A DNA stretch of 64,000 bases, taken from contig CAVYGB010000008.1 of NCBI GenBank assembly GCA_963767925.1, positions 608,001-672,000 of the forward strand, in the 5' to 3' direction. Positions 41,005 to 50,659 of this stretch are shown here, piece by piece. The position numbers and the translations under genes are program-made. Numbering within the stretch: position 1 is the first letter of the stretch; each line of letters begins with the position of its first letter. The notes beneath the pieces are model-generated. The model saw only the letters and a program-made list of their open reading frames with translations. It was not told where the DNA came from and ran no database searches. The stretch is from an uncultured delta proteobacterium. Lineage in GTDB: Bacteria; Myxococcota_A; Polyangia; Fen-1088.

Positions 41005-42123
41005 ATGCGCCCGACCGCTCTTCGCAAGGCCTGCTCGGTTGCCGCCCTGGTCGCCAGCCTGGTGGCCGCTCTGTCGTCCCTGTCGCTCCCGGTGGCCCGG
41101 GCCGCCGAGGTGAACGTCCGGATCCAGGAGACCCCCGCGGCCGCGCAGTTCGCCCGGCAAGCGGGCCTGGACGTGGCGACCCTCGAGGGGGAGGTCCGGC
41201 GGGAGATGGAGAACCTGTTCCAGACCTACCGGGTGGCCGACTACCTGCGGTCCTTCGGCGACGCCCAGGCCTTCGCCAGCCGGGGCATGGGTGTCGACTA
41301 CGTCTCCAACTTCCGGGCGGCGATGGTCGGCGTGGCCGGCAACCTCTCGCTCAACGTCGAGCGCGGGTATCTCCCCCAGAACACGCGCACCCGGCCGCCC
41401 GCGGGGGGAGTCAGCACCAACGCTACCGTCATGGCGGGCGTGAACCTCGACTTCTTCGGCCTGGCCCCCGTCACGCTGTTCGGGAACTACTTCAACCGCT
41501 CCGGTCGGGTCGAGGAGTTCGACGCCGACCTCAGCAACTGGGGCGTCCACGCGCAGGTCAAGCTTTGGGGCGCCCGCGGCGAGGGCTGGCTGCAGACCCT
41601 GCTTCGCTGGGGCGGCGTCGACCTGACCACCGGCGTCGAGCGGGCCCGCCTGCGCCTGGCGCTGGCCCAGGACTGGCGCCGCGACATCCCGGTCGGACAG
41701 GCCGGGCAGACCGGGGACACCTCGCCGGTGGTGGCGGTCAACAGCACGGGGCGGTTCGTCCTCGACATGCACACCTTGAGCGTCCCGATCGAGGTCACGA
41801 CAAGCGTGCGGCTGCTCTACATCCTCGGTCTTTACGCCGGCTTTGGCTTCGACTGGCAGGTCGGGGGCGGCAGCAGCCTGGCCCTCGACCTCGACGGCAC
41901 CATGATCGGCCGCGACGCCAGCGGCCGCCAGCCCGGTCAGTTCGACCTCGGCACCGCCACGGTGGACGCCAGCGAAGCGGTGGATGCCAGCCCGGGCCGC
42001 CTGCGCTGGCTGGCCGGCCTGCAGATCAATGTCTGGGTGCTCAAGGTGTTCGCCCAGCTCAACCTGGCGACCCAGGATCCCGTCATCGCCAGCGTGGCGC
42101 TGGGCGCCCGCGTCGCCTACTGA
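41005..42123 (+). CDS. Probable outer-membrane beta-barrel protein
   Basis: Signal peptide, alternating beta-strands, terminal ARVAY. Confidence 0.7.
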   Translation: MRPTALRKACSVAALVASLVAALSSLSLPVARAAEVNVRIQETPAAAQFARQAGLDVATLEGEVRREMENLFQTYRVADYLRSFGDAQAFASRGMGVDYVSNFRAAMVGVAGNLSLNVERGYLPQNTRTRPPAGGVSTNATVMAGVNLDFFGLAPVTLFGNYFNRSGRVEEFDADLSNWGVHAQVKLWGARGEGWLQTLLRWGGVDLTTGVERARLRLALAQDWRRDIPVGQAGQTGDTSPVVAVNSTGRFVLDMHTLSVPIEVTTSVRLLYILGLYAGFGFDWQVGGGSSLALDLDGTMIGRDASGRQPGQFDLGTATVDASEAVDASPGRLRWLAGLQINVWVLKVFAQLNLATQDPVIASVALGARVAY

Positions 42124-42196
42124 CCCGCGACGAGCCCGGGCCGGAGCGGCGTGGCTTGTCTCGGCCGGGGCGCTGGGCCAGGATGGACCTCGCCGC

Positions 42197-44092
42197 ATGT
42201 TGCCGCTTCGCCTCCGCCTCGTCGTCCTGGGGGCCGCTGCGGCGGCGTTGCTCGTCTGGCCGCTGGGACCCGGCCAGGCGGCCGCGCAGACGGCGCCGAT
42301 GCGCGTCCGGGTGACCCTGCAACCGGACTGCTTCCGGCCCTCGCTCTCGGCGGCCTGCGATCCCCGCAAGACCGGGACGCGCCTTGACCTGGGTCCCCAG
42401 ATCGCCGTCTGGATCGAGGGCGCCGACGGCCGCTTCGTCGACACGGTGCTGGTCACCAACCTCACCGCCCGGCTCGGCATCGGCAACCGGCCGGGACATT
42501 ACCTGCTGCCTTCCAGCCCCAAGTTTCCCTATGGCCGCCGGCTCATGTCCCTGCCGGTCTGGGCCCACCGCCGGGGCAAGCTCTACGACTCGGTGGTCAT
42601 GCAGGACGGCACCGACAAGGAGCTGTGGCTCGGCTTTCACGAGTCGGTCTCCTCGCCCGACCCCTACTTCTGCCGGCCGATGACCTTCCAGGAGATCGAC
42701 GTCGACGCCATCTCCTGTCCCACCGCCCGCTTCAACAGCGCCAAGGGGCGCTTCTTCGATCCGGCGGTGGACCTGGCGAGCGAGCACCTGGAAAACGGGC
42801 AGCCCCGGGACTACGTCCCGCCGGCCCGGGGCTATTACCCGCCCCGCAACGACCTGACGACCTTCACCGAGCTCGACTGCGACTCCGGCCGCCAGCCGTG
42901 CACGGTCAGCGCCCGCAGTTACGCCAGCCTCAACGACCTCGACGCGGTGGCGGCCGCCACCCCCGACTACGGCGGGCCCTTCAGCGAGGTGTGGCGCGTG
43001 CCGGACGCGCTGCCCGACGGCGACTACCTGCTGTTCGTCGAGATCAACAAGGAGTTCGACGAGAACGCCGCCCACCGGCACACCGCGATCGCCGATCCCA
43101 TGCTCCGCGAGTGGGGGTTGACCAACAACTTCGGGCAGCCCTCGGTCGTGTTCCGGGTCCCCTTCCAGCTCGACCGGCGCCGGCCCGTCCAGGCGGCGGC
43201 GACCCAGCTCGCCGGCTACGGCGACTGGGACGGGCGCACCGGCACCCTGCACGCGCCCGACCAGACGATCGGCGACGCCCCGGGTTCGGGCCTCGGCCGC
43301 CTGCTCGTCATCTCCCAGCCCGCGCTGACCGGGGGCACCCCCCTGCGCGGTCGGGTCCACGTGACGACAGAGCGGGTGGGCGCGGCTCCGCCCGCCGACG
43401 CCGGCACCGTCCCGGGCGACGCCGGCCCGGCCGACGCCGGCACCGCCCCCGCCGACGCGCCCCCCGCCGAGGCGCCCTCCGGGGCCAGGGCCTGTCTCCC
43501 GGCGGGCGCGGCGGCCCTGATCGAGGTGGCACCGGTCAAGGTGCTCTCGGAGACCGCCCAGCTCGAGCTGGTCGAGCCGGCCCGCGAGCTCTGGGAGAAG
43601 ACCGAGCACTACGAGGTGCGGGTCTGGTACGGGACCGAGCGCACCCCCGCGGCCTTCGCCGAGGGGTTGCCCTTGCCCCGGGTCAGCCCGGTGCAGCCGG
43701 GCAACCGGATCACGGTCTCGCTGAGCGACCTCAAGTCCGAGTCGCAATACACGGTGGGGGTCCGGCCCGAGGGCCCCTGCGCCGACCCGCCCATCGCCTT
43801 CGCCACCTTCACCACGGTGATCCGCGAGTTCACCCAGCTCTCGGGCTGTTTCATCGCCACCGCCGCCTACGGCGCCCCGATGGCCGTCCAGGTCGACCGG
43901 CTCCGCCAGGTCCGCGACCGCGTCCGGGCCGGCAGCGCGCTCGCTGCCGCGGCCGCCGAGGCCTACGCCCGCTCCAGTCCCCCGCTCGCCGACGCCCTCC
44001 GCCGGTCGGAGGCCGGCCGGGCGGTTGTGCGCACGCTGCTCGCCCCGCTGGTCGAGCTGCTCGGCCAGCGGTCGAAACGCCAGCCGCCCTAG
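42197..44092 (+). CDS. Secreted protein with FN3-like domain and CFI-box C-terminal domain
   Basis: Signal; LSDLKSESQYTVGVR; GCFIATAAYG..VDRLRQVRD..YARSSPPLAD. Confidence 0.8.
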   Translation: MLPLRLRLVVLGAAAAALLVWPLGPGQAAAQTAPMRVRVTLQPDCFRPSLSAACDPRKTGTRLDLGPQIAVWIEGADGRFVDTVLVTNLTARLGIGNRPGHYLLPSSPKFPYGRRLMSLPVWAHRRGKLYDSVVMQDGTDKELWLGFHESVSSPDPYFCRPMTFQEIDVDAISCPTARFNSAKGRFFDPAVDLASEHLENGQPRDYVPPARGYYPPRNDLTTFTELDCDSGRQPCTVSARSYASLNDLDAVAAATPDYGGPFSEVWRVPDALPDGDYLLFVEINKEFDENAAHRHTAIADPMLREWGLTNNFGQPSVVFRVPFQLDRRRPVQAAATQLAGYGDWDGRTGTLHAPDQTIGDAPGSGLGRLLVISQPALTGGTPLRGRVHVTTERVGAAPPADAGTVPGDAGPADAGTAPADAPPAEAPSGARACLPAGAAALIEVAPVKVLSETAQLELVEPARELWEKTEHYEVRVWYGTERTPAAFAEGLPLPRVSPVQPGNRITVSLSDLKSESQYTVGVRPEGPCADPPIAFATFTTVIREFTQLSGCFIATAAYGAPMAVQVDRLRQVRDRVRAGSALAAAAAEAYARSSPPLADALRRSEAGRAVVRTLLAPLVELLGQRSKRQPP

Positions 44093-45315
44093 GGGTTGCT
44101 GGCGGCGGGGGCGGGGGGCTGGCCCCGGATCCGGGAGCGGGGCAGCAGGGCGACCGAGATGGCGCCGAGCGCGGCCAGGGCGGCCAGCAGCTCGAAGCCG
44201 CGCCGGTAGCTGCCGGTGCTGTCGTGCAGGCGGCCCACCACCCACGGGAAGAGCGCCTCGGCGACTCCGTCGGCGGTGAGGATGATGCCCATCACCCGGC
44301 CCAGCACGGCGGTGCCGAACAGCTCGGCGGCCATGAGGGGGATGATCAGATATTCACCGCCCAGGCCCAGGCCGAAGACCACCACGAAGAGGTAGATGTT
44401 GTTGCCGGTGGCCCCCGCGGTCAGCAGCAACATGGCGCTGGTGACGAGGACGTAGACGATCAACATGACCCGCTTGGCCCCCAGCCGATCGGCCAGCGCG
44501 CCGGCGCCCAGCCGGCCCACCAGGCTCACGGCCGCGATCATCGAGACGATGTTGAGGGCCTCGGATTGGGAGCGTCCCTGGTCGAGGCTGAGCAGCAGCT
44601 TGAGGTGCTGGTTGGCCCCGCCCACCGCGCCGATCGAGGCCATGCTGCCGAGGGCCAGCAGGTAGAAGTTGCGGGTGCTCAGCGGCACCCGCAGCGAGAC
44701 CTTTGGCGCGGCGGCGGTCGTGGGGGCCGGGCCGTCCCCCTCGCGCAACATGAGCACGAGCGGCATGGCGATCAGCACGACGAGCACGCCGAGGCAGCGG
44801 AGGGCGTTGTGCCAGCCCATGCTGGCGATGAGCGGCTTGGAGATCAGCGGGACGATGAAGAAGCCGAGGCCGATGCCGAGGTAGGCGATGCCCATCGCCC
44901 GCCCGCGCGTCTCCTTGAAGTGGCGCGAGAGCAGCACCTGGTTGGGCAGGGGGCCGGCCAGGACGTAGCCCAGGGCATTGAGGGCGTAAAAGACATAGAA
45001 CCAGCTCACCTCGGTCACGCCGCCGAGCCCGAACAGGGCCAGGGTGGCCAGCAGGATGCCGATGATCATCGGCCGCCGCGGGCCGTATTTGTCGATCAGC
45101 CACCCCGCGAGGAACCCGAACAGCGGCCCGATCAGGATCTTGCCGATCATGTTGCCGGAGGTGACGCGGGCCCGGCTCCACCCCAGCTCCTTGACGAAGA
45201 AGTCGTAGTAGAGCGGCAGGCCGTACAGCACCAGGCCGACGATGGCGAACAGGGACAGGAACGCGGTCGCGATCAGCCTCTTACGCTGGGCCGGGGTAAG
45301 CGGTTCGGCGCTCAT
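44089..45315 (-). CDS. MFS transporter
   Basis: About 12 TM segments, GWLIDKYGPR, GALADRLGAKR. Confidence 0.9.
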   Translation of the reverse strand: MSAEPLTPAQRKRLIATAFLSLFAIVGLVLYGLPLYYDFFVKELGWSRARVTSGNMIGKILIGPLFGFLAGWLIDKYGPRRPMIIGILLATLALFGLGGVTEVSWFYVFYALNALGYVLAGPLPNQVLLSRHFKETRGRAMGIAYLGIGLGFFIVPLISKPLIASMGWHNALRCLGVLVVLIAMPLVLMLREGDGPAPTTAAAPKVSLRVPLSTRNFYLLALGSMASIGAVGGANQHLKLLLSLDQGRSQSEALNIVSMIAAVSLVGRLGAGALADRLGAKRVMLIVYVLVTSAMLLLTAGATGNNIYLFVVVFGLGLGGEYLIIPLMAAELFGTAVLGRVMGIILTADGVAEALFPWVVGRLHDSTGSYRRGFELLAALAALGAISVALLPRSRIRGQPPAPAASNP

Positions 45316-45409
45316 GTAAACGACATAACACGGGCCTCCAGGGCCCCCCGCCTGAAAACGACGGGCAGGGCGCCTCCCTGCGCCAAGCCGGAGCCGACCG
45401 CTCGCCAGG

Positions 45410-46783
45410 CTAGTCCCGGGCGAGGATCAGGGCGCTGAGCACCGCGGAGTGCACGACCCAGGTCGGCGTGAACAGCGTCTGGCCGACCCAGAGCGGCTCG
45501 TAATCCAGCCCGGTGGCCGCGCGCGCCTGCTCGATCCAGCGGCCGCCCGCCTCGATGGCGCCCGGCTTCACGCTGCCGCCGGCCCGGCGGTGGCAGGCCA
45601 GCGCTTGCACGCAGTAGGCCGATTCTTCCAGGGTCGAGCGCTCGAAGAATCCCCAGGAGCCGTCGGGCCGCTGCGTCTGCGCGATCCAGGCCACCGCCTC
45701 CTCGGTCAAGCTGAGGTCGGGGCCCAGCGCGATGACCGCGTTGGCCGTCGCGTAAAACGGGGAAGCGTGCCGCCCATCGACCCAGAACGGATCGGTGGTG
45801 GCGGTGCGGGCCAGAAACCCCACCGCCTTCCGGATCGCCGCCTCGCGCCCCTCGAACGGAGGCGCCGCCCGCAGCGCCGCCAGGTGGTGGAGGTGGGCGC
45901 CCACCAGGGGGAACGGCTGGTAGGGTCGGTCGGCGGGAGCCTCGCGCTCGTCCAGGGGACCGCGCAGGCGGGTGGGGTCGGGCTCCTCACCGGCCCAGGA
46001 CAGCACCCGGAAGGCGAGGGCCAGCCCGGCGCGATCTCCCTCGGTCGGAGCCGGCCGCAGGTATCCCGCCCGCAGCGAGGCGATCGCCGGGGCCCAGCCG
46101 CCCGCGCGGCCCGGGTGCTCCGGCCAGGCCAGGGCCACGTTGTGCAGGACCGCGGCTGGCTCGAGCAGGTCCTGCGGGGACAGCGCCGGTCCGGCGCCGC
46201 CTGCGTGCTGGGCGACGATCCCCTCCAGGTGGGCGCGGGCGGTCCGGTCGTCCGGGTGGCGGAGCAGGCGCCGGGCTGTGTCCGCCGGCGAGCGGTCGGC
46301 GGGGCCTGCCCAGGCCTCCTCGTCCGGGTCCACCGTGCCCGCGATCCCGGTGCTGAAGGCCAGGACCAGCCGCCGCCAGCGGGCCTCGGTGATCAGCGCC
46401 GCCAGCCGCCCGTCGAACCCGGGCAGCGCGCACGGGTCGCGTCCCAGGGCCGCCATGTGGGGGGCGATGCCCCAGCCGGCGGCGTGCAGCCGATCGGTGT
46501 AGGCCTCGGCCGCGCCGTTGACCTCGCGCCACTGGGAGATCGCGAGCATCGCCGCGAGGGTGGAGAGGACGCGATCCTGGTGGTGCGCGAGCCGGCCGCC
46601 CCAGGTGCCGTCGCCGTGCTGGTTCCGGAGGAGCCAGTCGATCGCCTCGGGGAAGGCGGGGACGTTGGGGGCCTCGGCCCGGCTGACCCGCGCGACCCAG
46701 GCCGTGTCGTGGGCGACCGGAGCGACCCGGCCTCGGCCCACCTGCGTGACAAGCTCTCGAAGCTCCTCGTGTGGTGTCGTCAC
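45410..46783 (-). CDS. Class II terpene cyclase-like (prenyltransferase/squalene cyclase repeat) protein
   Basis: AHDTAWVAR, QHGDGTWG, DRVLSTLAA, HASPFYATA, QRPDGSWG, PLWVGQTLFTP; start GTG 46783 or TTG 46804. Confidence 0.82.
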   Translation of the reverse strand: MTTPHEELRELVTQVGRGRVAPVAHDTAWVARVSRAEAPNVPAFPEAIDWLLRNQHGDGTWGGRLAHHQDRVLSTLAAMLAISQWREVNGAAEAYTDRLHAAGWGIAPHMAALGRDPCALPGFDGRLAALITEARWRRLVLAFSTGIAGTVDPDEEAWAGPADRSPADTARRLLRHPDDRTARAHLEGIVAQHAGGAGPALSPQDLLEPAAVLHNVALAWPEHPGRAGGWAPAIASLRAGYLRPAPTEGDRAGLALAFRVLSWAGEEPDPTRLRGPLDEREAPADRPYQPFPLVGAHLHHLAALRAAPPFEGREAAIRKAVGFLARTATTDPFWVDGRHASPFYATANAVIALGPDLSLTEEAVAWIAQTQRPDGSWGFFERSTLEESAYCVQALACHRRAGGSVKPGAIEAGGRWIEQARAATGLDYEPLWVGQTLFTPTWVVHSAVLSALILARD

Positions 46784-47042
46784 TCTGCCCGCGATGCGGT
46801 GCAACCGATGTGCCGGCGATGGGGCGGCCGAGTTGGCGCTTTTTTCGCGGGCGCGCGCGCTCGCTCTGGATCCGGGACCATGGTGCGCCGGCAGCCGATC
46901 CGCAGGCCATCAGGTACGACGAGTAGGCCATACCCGCCCCTTCGCGCAGCGAGACAAGCCCTGGCGGGCAGGAGGCCCGGCTGGCCCAGGCGGCTCAACG
47001 CGGCCATCGACAGCGGAGACCTCCGGGGGTAGCCTGACGGCC

Positions 47043-47936
47043 ATGCATCGCTTCGGCCGACGTCGGTTCGTCAAGGGCGCTCTCGGAACCGCCGCGCTCT
47101 CCTGGTTGAGCCTGCACCATCAGGACCTCGCCCGCGCGGGGATGGCGAGCCCCGCCAGCGCGGCGGGCAAGGCGGTCGGCGACCGGGTCTTCCTCGGGAA
47201 GACCGGGATCAAGCTCTCCCGCCTGGCCATGGGGGGCGGCACCAACGGCGTCCGCAAGACCTCGGTGCAGGGCCGCCTGGGGGTCTACGGCTTCGCCGAT
47301 CTGCTCGAGCACGCCTACGATCAGGGGGTCAACTTCTTCGACACCGCCGACCAGTACGGCACGCACGAGCACGTGCGCGAGGCGGTGCGGCGGGTGGGCC
47401 GCCCCAACGTCGTCCTGCTGACCAAGACCCGCGCCCTCACCGCGGCCGACGTGCGCAAGGATCTCGATCGGTTCCGACGCGAGCTCGGCACCGACAGCAT
47501 CGACATCATGCTGCTCCACTGCATGACCAGCCCCACCTGGACCAAGGAGATGGAGGGCCCGATGGAGGTGCTCTCGCGGGCCAAGGAGCAGGGGATCATC
47601 CGGGCCCACGGCGTCTCCTGCCACTCGCTGGGCGCCCTGCAGCTCGCCGCCCGCACCCCCTGGGTCGACGTCGATCTGGCGCGCATCAACCCCGCCCAGT
47701 CTCACATGGACGCGGATCCGGCCACCATCTTGGCCCTGCTGCGCCAGATGAAGGCCGCGGGCAAGGGCGTGATCGGCATGAAGATCCTCGGCGCCGGCTC
47801 GCTGGCCGGTCAGGTGGATCGCGCCCTGGCCTACGCCGGCAAGCTGGACGTGCTCGACGCCTTCACCATCGGCTTCGCCGCCCAGTCCCAGTTCGACGAG
47901 GTGGCGCGCAAGCTGCCTTCGCTCTCGGTCGCCTAG
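47043..47936 (+). CDS. Aldo/keto reductase with Tat signal
   Basis: GRRRFVK; LGKTGIKLSRL, FFDTADQYG, GVIGMKILG. Confidence 0.9.
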   Translation: MHRFGRRRFVKGALGTAALSWLSLHHQDLARAGMASPASAAGKAVGDRVFLGKTGIKLSRLAMGGGTNGVRKTSVQGRLGVYGFADLLEHAYDQGVNFFDTADQYGTHEHVREAVRRVGRPNVVLLTKTRALTAADVRKDLDRFRRELGTDSIDIMLLHCMTSPTWTKEMEGPMEVLSRAKEQGIIRAHGVSCHSLGALQLAARTPWVDVDLARINPAQSHMDADPATILALLRQMKAAGKGVIGMKILGAGSLAGQVDRALAYAGKLDVLDAFTIGFAAQSQFDEVARKLPSLSVA

Positions 47937-47961
47937 CGAACGCCTGGTGCGGCGCTGACGG

Positions 47962-48840
47962 TCAGTCCCGCCAGCGGCGGGGCATCGTGCGCAGGTCGCT
48001 GGCCCCCAGCGCCTCGCACCAGGCGAGGAAACCGGCCCGGGGCACCCCCCCGAAGCGGAGGTCCTCGAGCGACTCGGCGATGGGACAGGTGTCGACCAGG
48101 GTGGCGAGCTGACGATACAGCAGCGCCTCCTCCCGGTGGGCGGCGAGGGTCGCCGCGAGCTGGAGCGCGCCCCGCGGCTTGACCGTCCACAGGTGGGGCA
48201 GGTCGGGGATCTGCTCCAGGTGGCCGTAGGCCCCGATCAGCAGGCCGGCCCCCTTCTCCCCGAACCCGTCGAGGCCAGGGATGCCGTCGGCGGTGTCCCC
48301 GGTCAGCGCCAGGAAATCGGGCAGGCTGCGGGGGCCGAAGCCGCGCAGCGCCCGGAAGGAGGCCTCGGTGATGGTCTTGCGCTGGCGGCGGTCGATCTGG
48401 ATGACGCGGTCGCCGTCGAGGCACTGGCCGAGGTCCTTGTCGGGGGTGAGCAGGCGGATCTGCTCGACCTCGCCGCCGAAGCGGTAGGCGCCGCTGGCCA
48501 TCCCGTCGTCGGCCTCGTGCTCGCGCATCGACCAGACCGGGATGCCGAGCGCCCGCACCCCCGCCTCGACCGAGTCGAACTGGGAGCGCAGCTCGGGCGG
48601 CACCCCCTCGTCGCTCTTGTAGAAAGGGAAGAGGTCGTTGCGAAACGACCGGATCGGGTTGTCGAAGGCCACCGCGATGTGGGTCACCGCCTCGGACGGA
48701 TCCGACAGCAGGTAGAGCATCGACGCCACCACCCCCACCGTCGCCTTGGCGTCCCAGCCCTCGGGCGCCTGATGCCCCGGCCGCGGCGCAAAATGGGCCC
48801 GAAACAGCTCGTAGGTTCCGTCGACCAGGTGCAGGCGCAC
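47962..48840 (-). CDS. 5'-3' exonuclease / flap endonuclease (stand-alone PolI N-domain)
   Basis: LVDGTYELFRAHF, EADD, DKDLGQ, LTGDTADGIPG..GEKGA. Confidence 0.92.
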   Translation of the reverse strand: MRLHLVDGTYELFRAHFAPRPGHQAPEGWDAKATVGVVASMLYLLSDPSEAVTHIAVAFDNPIRSFRNDLFPFYKSDEGVPPELRSQFDSVEAGVRALGIPVWSMREHEADDGMASGAYRFGGEVEQIRLLTPDKDLGQCLDGDRVIQIDRRQRKTITEASFRALRGFGPRSLPDFLALTGDTADGIPGLDGFGEKGAGLLIGAYGHLEQIPDLPHLWTVKPRGALQLAATLAAHREEALLYRQLATLVDTCPIAESLEDLRFGGVPRAGFLAWCEALGASDLRTMPRRWRD

Positions 48841-48847
48841 GGGACCC

Positions 48848-49981
48848 CTAGCGGTACTTCAGCCCGGTGCCGGTGTTGAACACGACGACCTCGTCCTGCG
48901 GGCGGATCCAGCCTCCGGCGCGGAGCTGCTCGGTGGCGGCCCAGGCGGCGCCCCCCTCGGGGCAGACGTCGATGCCAGTGCGGGCGGCGAGCTGCCCGGT
49001 CGCGGCGGCGATGGCCGCCTCGGAGACCACCACGGCGGTCCCCTGCGTCTCCCGCAGCGCGCGCAGGCAGAGGAAGCCGCCGATGGGGGAGGGGACCCGG
49101 AGCCCGAAGGCGGCGGTGTGGGGCTCGGGCCAGGCGGTGGTGGTGTCGGCCCCGGCCTGGAAGGCGCGGGCGACCGGGGCGCAGCCCTCGGCCTGGACGG
49201 AGACGAGTCGGGGCCGGACCGGCAGCGCCCAGCCCAGCGCCTCCATCTCCTGGAAGGCTTTCCACATGCCGACCAGCCCGGTGCCACCCCCGGTGGGGTA
49301 GACGATGACATCGGGCAGCCGCTGCCCGAGCTGCTCCCACAGCTCGTAGGCCATCGTCTTCTTGCCCTCGACCCGGTAGGGCTCCTTCAAGGTGGAGACG
49401 TCGAACGCGCCGGCGGGCCCGTGCTCGCGCAGCCAGCGGCCGGCGTCGGCGATGGTGCCGGGGACCAGGCTGACCTCGGCGCCATAGTGGCGGCACTCGT
49501 CGGCGAAGATACGCGGGGTATCGGCGGGCATGGCCACGGTGACCGGCAAGCCGGCGGCGGCGCCGTAGGCCGCCAGCGCGCTGGCGGCGTTGCCGGCGGA
49601 AGGGGCCACCAGCGCCCGCGCGCCGGCCGCGACGGCGGCCGACACCGCGGCGGTCATGCCCCGGGCCTTGAACGAGCCGGTGGGGTTGCGCGCCTCGTCC
49701 TTGATGTAGATCCGATCCCCCACCGGCAGCAGGGGGGTCCAGCCCTCCACCAGGGTGATCTCGCCGGCGGCGATCGGCAGCACCTCCCGGTAGCGCCAGA
49801 GCGAGGGGACCCGGCCGGCCAGATCGGCGGCGGTGAGCTTGATGCGATCGAGGTGGTAGTCGACCCGCAGCGGGAGCCCGCAGCTCCGGCAGACGGTCTC
49901 CAGGGCCCGGGGATCGTGAGGGCGCGCGCAGGAGAAGCAGCGCAGGCCGGCGAGGAGCGGGTTGAAGCTGGGGGTCGGCAC
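48848..49981 (-). CDS. thrC: Threonine synthase
   Basis: CxxC pair, EGWTPL, NPTGSFKARG, SAGNA, EGKKT, PTGGGTG, NTGTGLKY. Confidence 0.88.
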   Translation of the reverse strand: MPTPSFNPLLAGLRCFSCARPHDPRALETVCRSCGLPLRVDYHLDRIKLTAADLAGRVPSLWRYREVLPIAAGEITLVEGWTPLLPVGDRIYIKDEARNPTGSFKARGMTAAVSAAVAAGARALVAPSAGNAASALAAYGAAAGLPVTVAMPADTPRIFADECRHYGAEVSLVPGTIADAGRWLREHGPAGAFDVSTLKEPYRVEGKKTMAYELWEQLGQRLPDVIVYPTGGGTGLVGMWKAFQEMEALGWALPVRPRLVSVQAEGCAPVARAFQAGADTTTAWPEPHTAAFGLRVPSPIGGFLCLRALRETQGTAVVVSEAAIAAATGQLAARTGIDVCPEGGAAWAATEQLRAGGWIRPQDEVVVFNTGTGLKYR

Positions 49982-50038
49982 CGGGGGCGCATGCTGGCAC
50001 GGGGCCCCGCCCCGGGCAACCGCGGGCATAATGTCCCG

Positions 50039-50659
50039 GTGCTCGCGATCTTGCTCGCGCTGGCCGCCGCCCCGCCGCTGGCGGTGTCGCTGACGATCAG
50101 GGTGGCGAGCTGCGCCGACGCCGCCGGGCGCCGCGCCCCCGCCCGCCCGCCCGAGTGGGTCGCGGCCCACGTCGAGGCGGTGCAGGCGCTGCTGGCTCCC
50201 CACGGGATCGCCGTGACCGCCCGGACAACCTCCTTCGCGCCCGCGCGCTGCGAGGCTCTCGGCCGGGAGGACCGCGACGGGTTCGCCGGGGAGGTCGGCC
50301 GCGACGGCACGGTGACGGTGCTGGTGGTCCCGCGGGTGCGCGATCTCGACGTCCTCGATTACGACCTGCAGGGGGTGCACTGGCGGGCGGGCGAGCGGCG
50401 CTGGATCTTCCTCACGGCCCGGGCCCGCCCGCCCGTGCTGGCCCACGAGCTGGCCCATTACTTCGGCCTGCCCCACGATCCCCGGGGGGGCAACCTCATG
50501 ACCCCGGGGCCCTCGGCCCCGATCTGGAAGTCGGCGCGGCCGCCGCGGGCCTACGCGCCCGTCCTCACCGCGCCCCAGGTGCGGCGGCTGCGGGCCGGGA
50601 TCCTGGCGTTTCACTCAGCGCGGAAGGTCGCCGAAGTAGGCGACGAGGTCGGCCGGTAG
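50039..50659 (+). CDS. Small secreted metzincin-like metalloprotease
   Basis: HELAHYFGLPH (HEXXHXXGXXH) followed by an NLM Met-turn; start uncertain (49991 or 50039). Confidence 0.75.
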   Translation: MLAILLALAAAPPLAVSLTIRVASCADAAGRRAPARPPEWVAAHVEAVQALLAPHGIAVTARTTSFAPARCEALGREDRDGFAGEVGRDGTVTVLVVPRVRDLDVLDYDLQGVHWRAGERRWIFLTARARPPVLAHELAHYFGLPHDPRGGNLMTPGPSAPIWKSARPPRAYAPVLTAPQVRRLRAGILAFHSARKVAEVGDEVGR

